The notes under the pieces were generated by a model, which was not told the origin of the DNA, made no database searches, and saw only the letters and a program-made list of their open reading frames with translations. A DNA stretch of 13,988 nt, taken from Amoeboradix gromovi X-113. Lineage: Eukaryota > Fungi > Sanchytriomycota. Numbering within the stretch: position 1 is the stretch's first letter; each line of letters begins with the position of its first letter. The position numbers were made by a program, and so were the translations under genes. This document shows positions 8,261 to 13,988 of this stretch, one piece after another. The DNA lies in NCBI GenBank assembly GCA_018985225.1, contig JADGIF010000218.1, forward strand, positions 1 through 13,988, in the 5' to 3' direction.

Positions 8261-11200
8261 ATGCCCAAGATGTCTGAAATCAGTTTTAAACAAAATTTCG
8301 ATAATTCGTCTGAAACATATCTTTTAATGGCCAGAACTAAGAAAAAAATGACCTCTTTGACAGAGATATTTAAGAAATATGGAACAACCAAAGAGAAGGT
8401 GATGATGGTAATTGGGTTAATCGCAGCTATTGGATTAGGTGCTGCTTTACCGTTGCAGTCTATCTTTATGGGAAATAGTATTACCGCATTTGTAGAGTAT
8501 GGCTTTGTAACAACTCACAAGGACTTGCCCTTTAAACCAAATTATGATACTGTCAGACAACAAAAGGAGGACAACTTACATGCTCAAATAAATATAGTTG
8601 TTATTGGGCTCTGCATAGTTGGAAGCTCAGTCCTTTTGTTTGCATACCTACAAGAAGCATTTTGGATGTTCACTGGTGAGGAACAAACTCGCAGATTGAG
8701 ATTAATTTACTTGAAAAGTTTACTGTCTCAACCAATAAGTTTTCATGATACTCGAAAACCTGGCGAGCTAATAACTCATCTTATTAGTTCTATCAGTTTG
8801 ATTCAAGAGGGTGTATCTGAAAGATACCCTGTGCCTTTGCAATCTGTTGCGACGTTTGTTGCTGGCTTTGTCATTGGATTTGTTCATAGTTGGACAATGA
8901 CACTGGTCATGTTAAGTACTACTCCATTGCTAGCACTGAGTATGGCAATGTATGGTAAAATTATGAGTCAGGGTGCTGCTAAATCGCAATTGCGCTATGC
9001 TGATGCTGGGGGATTAGCTCAGAATGTCCTTGAAAACATGCGCATCGTCACTGCATACAACTCCCAAAGCTACTTTTTTTCAAAGTTTATGGATCAGATA
9101 AATACAGCATATAAACTAGGTTTTACTAAATCATTTCTAACAGCAACAATTATTGGTGCACTGATGTTTATTTTGTTTGGGACTTATGCCTTGGGTTTTT
9201 GGTTTGGAAGTACTCAAGTTGCTGATGGAAAAATGGCTGCTGGTGATGTTTTAACCACTTTTTTTGCTGTTTTAATCGGCGCTTTTAGCATCGGTCAGAT
9301 AGGTCCTGCTAAAGGCGATATTGATACAGGTGCCGGTGCTTGGGATAATATCAGAGATATCGTGAATAATGTACAGCCAGTTAAGCAAGGCATCATAATT
9401 CCAGTTGAGAAGTTCAAAGGTGAAATTATATTTGATAACGTGTGTTTTACCTATCCATCTCGACCAGATACTCAAGTACTAAAAGGTTTTACCCTTTCTA
9501 TAAGACAGGGCCAGAAGGTAGCATTAGTAGGAAGCAGCGGTAGTGGAAAATCTACGATTGTGTCACTACTATTAAAGTTCTACTACCCTGACAGTGGTAC
9601 GATTACTGTTGACGGTATCAATCTCACAGACATAGATACCAAATGGTGGAGAACTCAAATAGGGCTTGTAAGTCAGGAACCTGTATTGTTTGACACTACA
9701 ATTAACGAAAATGTTTTATTGGGAGCTGTTCACTTTGATTTTGCAAAGCGAATGGAGTTAGTTGAGAGCAATAAGGATAAAATACGGTCCTGCTGTACGC
9801 AATCACTGGCTCATGACTTCATTATGCAATTTCCATTAAAATATGAGACTCTAGTCGGTGAGAAGGGTAGCTTAATGAGTGGGGGCCAAAGACAACGCAT
9901 TGCAATAGCTAGAGCATTAATGAAAGATCCTATGATTATGCTATTAGATGAGGCTACTAGCGCATTGGATTCTACGAGCGAGAGAGTGGTGCAGCAAGCA
10001 CTAGATGAAGTAAGCAAGAATAGGACAACATTCATAATTGCTCATCGTCTAAGTACCATTAAAGATAGCAACGTCATAGTAGTGATGAATAAGGGGTTTA
10101 TCAGTGAGATTGGTGACTATAATGATTTAATTCAAAAAAAAGGTGATTTCTTTGCTCTAGTTCAAGCGCAGGGTTTAAGATTAGCCACAAACGAGAAGAA
10201 AGAAGTCAAGGAGCCCAAAGTCAATGTTGAGGTTGCAGGTGAAGTGGTGACTACACCTTTAGAGACTGACGCATTAATTCCCAAAGTATCCGTCCGTAAA
10301 TGGCCAATACTAAGATTGTTGAGAATGCAGTCAAACGATTTTGTGCTTATGATAGTTGGTTTAATAGCAGCAGTTGTCAATGGTGCCATATTCCCGGTAT
10401 ATACTATAATATTGAGTAGTATGCTCACAGTATTCGCAGGTACTCCGGATGAAATCAGATCTCAGAGTATATTTTGGGTACTGATGTTTATAGTACTAGC
10501 TGTGGTAGCATTCATTTCTATGTTTGGGCAAGTAGCTTGTTTTAGTGTAGCAGGAGAAAGGTTAACAGTACAGATCAGAAGTAGGTTGTTTAGATCATTG
10601 CTAGACAAAGAAATAGCATACTTTGATGTGCAAGAGCATAGTAGTGGTATTCTTAGTAGCAGACTAAGCGAAGATGCCGATAAGATCAAAGCATTAACTG
10701 GTCAGTTGTTAGGTGTACTAGTTCAGTCCACAAGTACCATAGCAACAGGATTAGCTATTGGGTTTTACCACAGCCCAGAGTTAGCAGCTCTGATATCCAT
10801 TGCAGTTCCATTAGTCATATTCATGGGTATAATGAGAAAAAAGATCATGGAAGGAGTGACAAAGAAATTAAGGGATGAATATGTTAAAGCAAGTAGCATA
10901 GCAAGTGACGCTATCATGAATGTACGAATTGTGCAATCATTGAACAGGGAAGATTCATTTCTTGAATATTATAGAGACAGAACCAACATCCCACATCAAC
11001 AAGCTCTAAAGGCTACAATGACCAGCAGTATATATTTTGCTGTGAGTCAAGGGGCGATGTTTTTCGTGCTTGCATATGCATTCTGGTTAGCGAGCGTATA
11101 TATAATTGAAGAGAAGATCAAGTTTGAAGACGTTTTTGGTGTAATATTCCCCATTTTGTTCAGCATGACAGGTGTGGGACAGGCCTTGGCGCAACTGGGA

Positions 11201-12037
11201 GTCATGAGCAAAGCTGCTGTTGCTGCTAATAGCTATTTCGAGACTATTGATCATTTGCAAAATATTGATACAAATAATCACACAGGTCAGGAATTAGTTA
11301 ACGTGCAGGGAAGCGCATTGCTCAAGAACATTGAGTTCAGCTATCCAACGAGACCTGATGTAATGGTGTTAAAGAACATTTTGGTTAACATCGAGGTGGG
11401 TAAGACTACAGCACTGGTAGGTAGCAGTGGAAGCGGTAAATCTACGATTATTCAGCTGCTAGAGCGCTTCTATGATCCTAACAGTGGATTGGTAGAATGC
11501 GAGGGATTAGACGTGAAGAAGTGGCATTTGACTTATCTTAGAGATCAGATGGCATTGGTCAGCCAGGACCCTGTTTTGTTCAGAGGTACCATCTATGAAA
11601 ATATTGCGTTTGGTGCAATGCGCGTGGACAAGCAGAAAGCGGAAGAATGTGCTAAAATGGCTAACATCGACAAGTTTATTCAAGGACTTCCAGATAAATA
11701 CGATACCCTAGTGAACAACACGACGGCTAGCGGTGGACAGAAGCAAAGAATTGTTATTGCTAGAGCGTTATACAAGAACCCCAAGTTTCTTTTGTTAGAC
11801 GAGGCAACCAGTGCATTAGACACAGAGAGCGAAAAGATTGTGCAGGAAGCATTAGTCGGAGCTAGTCAGAACAGAACCACAGTTGTAATAGCACACAGGT
11901 TAAGCACGATTCAAGATGCGGATAAGATTATTGTGATGCAGTTAGGTAAGATTATCGAAATGGGAACCCACGACGAATTGTATCGTCAGCAAGGAATATA
12001 CACAGGATTGGTGGATCAGCAGAAACTTACCAGTTAA
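8261..12037 (+). CDS. Full-length ABCB (MDR/P-glycoprotein-like) ABC transporter, TMD-NBD-TMD-NBD
   Basis: Two Walker A motifs GSSGSGKST, Q-loops VSQEP/VSQDP, signatures MSGGQ and ASGGQ, two Walker B LLDEATSALD and two H-loops IAHRLSTI, with two hydrophobic TM blocks. The true start may be the ATG at 8327 (MARTKKK). Confidence 0.95.
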   Translation: MPKMSEISFKQNFDNSSETYLLMARTKKKMTSLTEIFKKYGTTKEKVMMVIGLIAAIGLGAALPLQSIFMGNSITAFVEYGFVTTHKDLPFKPNYDTVRQQKEDNLHAQINIVVIGLCIVGSSVLLFAYLQEAFWMFTGEEQTRRLRLIYLKSLLSQPISFHDTRKPGELITHLISSISLIQEGVSERYPVPLQSVATFVAGFVIGFVHSWTMTLVMLSTTPLLALSMAMYGKIMSQGAAKSQLRYADAGGLAQNVLENMRIVTAYNSQSYFFSKFMDQINTAYKLGFTKSFLTATIIGALMFILFGTYALGFWFGSTQVADGKMAAGDVLTTFFAVLIGAFSIGQIGPAKGDIDTGAGAWDNIRDIVNNVQPVKQGIIIPVEKFKGEIIFDNVCFTYPSRPDTQVLKGFTLSIRQGQKVALVGSSGSGKSTIVSLLLKFYYPDSGTITVDGINLTDIDTKWWRTQIGLVSQEPVLFDTTINENVLLGAVHFDFAKRMELVESNKDKIRSCCTQSLAHDFIMQFPLKYETLVGEKGSLMSGGQRQRIAIARALMKDPMIMLLDEATSALDSTSERVVQQALDEVSKNRTTFIIAHRLSTIKDSNVIVVMNKGFISEIGDYNDLIQKKGDFFALVQAQGLRLATNEKKEVKEPKVNVEVAGEVVTTPLETDALIPKVSVRKWPILRLLRMQSNDFVLMIVGLIAAVVNGAIFPVYTIILSSMLTVFAGTPDEIRSQSIFWVLMFIVLAVVAFISMFGQVACFSVAGERLTVQIRSRLFRSLLDKEIAYFDVQEHSSGILSSRLSEDADKIKALTGQLLGVLVQSTSTIATGLAIGFYHSPELAALISIAVPLVIFMGIMRKKIMEGVTKKLRDEYVKASSIASDAIMNVRIVQSLNREDSFLEYYRDRTNIPHQQALKATMTSSIYFAVSQGAMFFVLAYAFWLASVYIIEEKIKFEDVFGVIFPILFSMTGVGQALAQLGVMSKAAVAANSYFETIDHLQNIDTNNHTGQELVNVQGSALLKNIEFSYPTRPDVMVLKNILVNIEVGKTTALVGSSGSGKSTIIQLLERFYDPNSGLVECEGLDVKKWHLTYLRDQMALVSQDPVLFRGTIYENIAFGAMRVDKQKAEECAKMANIDKFIQGLPDKYDTLVNNTTASGGQKQRIVIARALYKNPKFLLLDEATSALDTESEKIVQEALVGASQNRTTVVIAHRLSTIQDADKIIVMQLGKIIEMGTHDELYRQQGIYTGLVDQQKLTS

Positions 12038-12383
12038 TAAATAACTTACCAACATCAATGCTTTTAATCATCCTAATCGATACAGAACTGAATTTTACAG
12101 GGCAAAGAGTTAGCGCATACCGTAGCTACAAACTATAAGCCAAGTAAAACAACTCTTTAACAGAAACCCGTGTCTCTAACCCCAAACATATCGTAGCGCG
12201 TTCATCGCTAAAGTAAACTGTTTTTGTTAAGGAGAAACTCTTGTTCATTAAATTTTTGATGAAAAGCCATGAAATTTTGTAGAATAAATTATTTATCGAG
12301 AATTTGTATGTATTTTTATATAATTACATGACCTTTATAGATTTTCCAATACCTTAAATACTCAATACTCTCCATTTTCACAA

Positions 12384-12540
12384 ATGATAAATGGAATCAA
12401 TGGATGTCATCCTGAACAACTCAAATCTAAAGAAATAACTAGCAGGTACAGCATACATTTATCAACGTTGAGAAACTGGTCCAAAAATTGAGCAATTTGA
12501 TGTGTTTCAACCCGTCCTCAAAAGAGAGCAACAATAAATA
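12384..12540 (+). pseudogene. Decayed helix-turn-helix fragment resembling the N-terminal DNA-binding domain of pogo/CENP-B-like transposases
   Basis: Manual translation ...LKSKEITSRYSIHLSTLRNWSKN*AI*CVSTRPQKRAT, matching the pattern 'eia.kygi..STl.nW.k...kR' with two in-frame TGA stops. Assigned by motif recall only. Confidence 0.35.
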
Positions 12541-13442
12541 AACCTGTAAACCATTTACTTGACAATTTGTATGCTGTTGGTCTTACCACTCGTCCAACAA
12601 TAGAGATCATATGGCAGTTAAGAACATATACATCAAGTATATACATCATTATTTAATCCCGCCCCGGGTAGTGAAAGCGTGAGCAATCACTGTAACAGAT
12701 TTACTAGCATTGCTAGTTTCTCGGAAATTAAGACTTTTAACGAGGAGAATACTGGACTCTTAAAATTTGCATAGATTGACGGAAAAACGTCTAAATTCAT
12801 TTTTAAAATATTACGGAAGTGTGGAAAACTTGCGCAGAAAGTGTCTTGGCGTATTTTTTCCTTAAGTATATAAAACGCAGTTCCGACTGTTAACTGAATA
12901 AACCATTTATCGTCTGCATGAGACGCATTGCTCCAATTTACTTCTTTCTATACTTCTGCTACCACTACATTCAGAAACTATTTTGGAAATGAAGTGTAAG
13001 TACAATAAGAGGAAAGACATTGACACAATGCTATGAAATGCTTACTAATTGACACTTACAACGTTTTGCACTATATAGAGAAGCAATCTTGAGAAATTAA
13101 GCTATAAACTGTTAAATCAGATAGAGAACTTAAGGCAATAAGGAACATAAAAGTATATGCGTCCTTGTTCAATCCCGTGTCAAGGTAATGGAAGTGTGGG
13201 CAATTACTGTAACAGAGCGACTGGTTTTATCAGTTTTTTCGCAAAAATTCATACTTTCTCGTAAATCAGGACTTTTAACCAAGAGGCGCTACAATATAAA
13301 GAAATATTTTGAAATATTTAGATGCGGTAAATTTAGCTGCGCAATGTGCTGCAATTGGGTACCGTATTTGTTAGGCACTGCTGTGTACTTGTGTAGTCCA
13401 CTGTCTTGTTTTAAATTATTGAAGTTTCCGAGGTATGAAACG

Positions 13443-13637
13443 ATGCAAAATGTTGACTCGGAAAAGAACGCAATTGAAAGTACTGTTGCATTTAACAAAA
13501 TGATAAATAAATACAGGAAAGAAAGAGGTGCATATCTAGACAGAAACACTGGAGTATGGCAAGGAACGATTGAGGGACTAGCATCTAAGAGTTTAGATGG
13601 AGAGATAAAAACATATTCGAAATACACTGAATTATAA
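13443..13637 (+). pseudogene. Fragment resembling the conserved PHF10/Rsc7-Swp82 chromatin-remodelling subunit motif
   Basis: NAIESTVAFNKMINKYRKERGAYLDRNTGVWQ resembles the recalled motif 'aaeFN..ln..R..r.aY.D..T.v.Q'. The rest of ORF 13188..13637 is unrecognisable and stops follow downstream. Confidence 0.35.
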
Positions 13638-13827
13638 GCGGATGCTATAATAAATCATTCTGCTTTTACAAAATTTGGTTTTTGAAGAAAATATCGGGAT
13701 GATGAAACCGTGAAGTCGAAGTCTATTCTTAAAGAGAAGCGAAATGTTGCGGCTCACACGATAGACTTGCGTCGCCTATAGCAGCAGAAAAACTGTACTC
13801 CATATTGAAATCGTCTTCGAATACATA

Positions 13828-13988
13828 AGGGACATCAAATATAAAAACTAGACTAACTTTCTGTAACAACTTGGAACATTATTTCAGCTTTATTACTTTA
13901 TGGATTTAAGAGATGAGTGGACATTCAGCTAGTTGCGGAGTTGACGAGTATGAAAGGAGAATAAATAACTTTTATAAATAACTTTTTG
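13828..13988 (+). mobile_element. Left end of a third copy of the TIR element; truncated by the window end
   Basis: TIR 13829..13858 GGGACATCAAATATAAAAACTAGACTAACT (29/30 to the copy 2 left TIR). Subterminal similarity to 6646..6673 continues to about 13886. Preceded by CATA (13824..13827). Confidence 0.85.

Noticed and set aside
958-11281. Short ORFs nested within the GBF1, aldolase and ABCB genes (958, 1589, 2488, 3317, 4652, 5193, 5225, 9272, 9811, 10162, 10462, 11087)
   Set aside because: Antisense or off-frame shadows of well-supported CDSs with no recognisable motifs.
12703-12717. Palindrome ACTAGCA-T-TGCTAGT
   Set aside because: Single short occurrence with no supporting context.
13289-13627. 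112-aa minus-strand ORF
   Set aside because: Overlaps the PHF10/Rsc7-like fragment on the opposite strand and has no recognisable features.
214-13858. Near-perfect 30-bp inverted pair bracketing the window as one giant composite transposon
   Set aside because: The TIRs face outward (right end of one copy, left end of another), and the enclosed genes are ordinary host genes.
1-13988. CRISPR array, tRNA or rRNA genes
   Set aside because: No regularly spaced repeats, cloverleaf or rRNA-like sequence seen by eye.

Overview
AT-rich (roughly 35% GC by eye), gene-dense eukaryotic DNA, most plausibly a compact early-diverging fungal/holomycotan genome (inference). Four intact genes: a GBF1/Gea-type Sec7 ARF-GEF (353..4895 +; the two track ORFs join through an apparent 19-nt GT-AG intron at 3240..3258), a low-specificity L-threonine aldolase (4906..5898 -), a minimal single-domain O6-alkylguanine-DNA alkyltransferase (7482..7781 -) and an intronless ABCB/P-glycoprotein transporter (8261..12037 +). 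The most notable signal is absent from the ORF track: three pieces of one ~30-bp-TIR element family, namely a right end at 1..244, a complete ~300-bp copy at 6615..6917 and a left end at 13828..>13988. The conserved right end encodes CxxC-x8-ERDxGSSxxI, resembling the zinc-finger/RuvC-III C-terminus of TnpB/Fanzor nucleases. Both left ends follow CATA, and the right end can fold into a terminal stem. This layout fits a Fanzor (eukaryotic OMEGA) family with non-coding 'ghost' guide-RNA loci. The assignment rests on a short, divergent motif and needs a database search. Intergenic DNA also holds decayed fragments (a transposase-like HTH and a PHF10/Rsc7-like motif).
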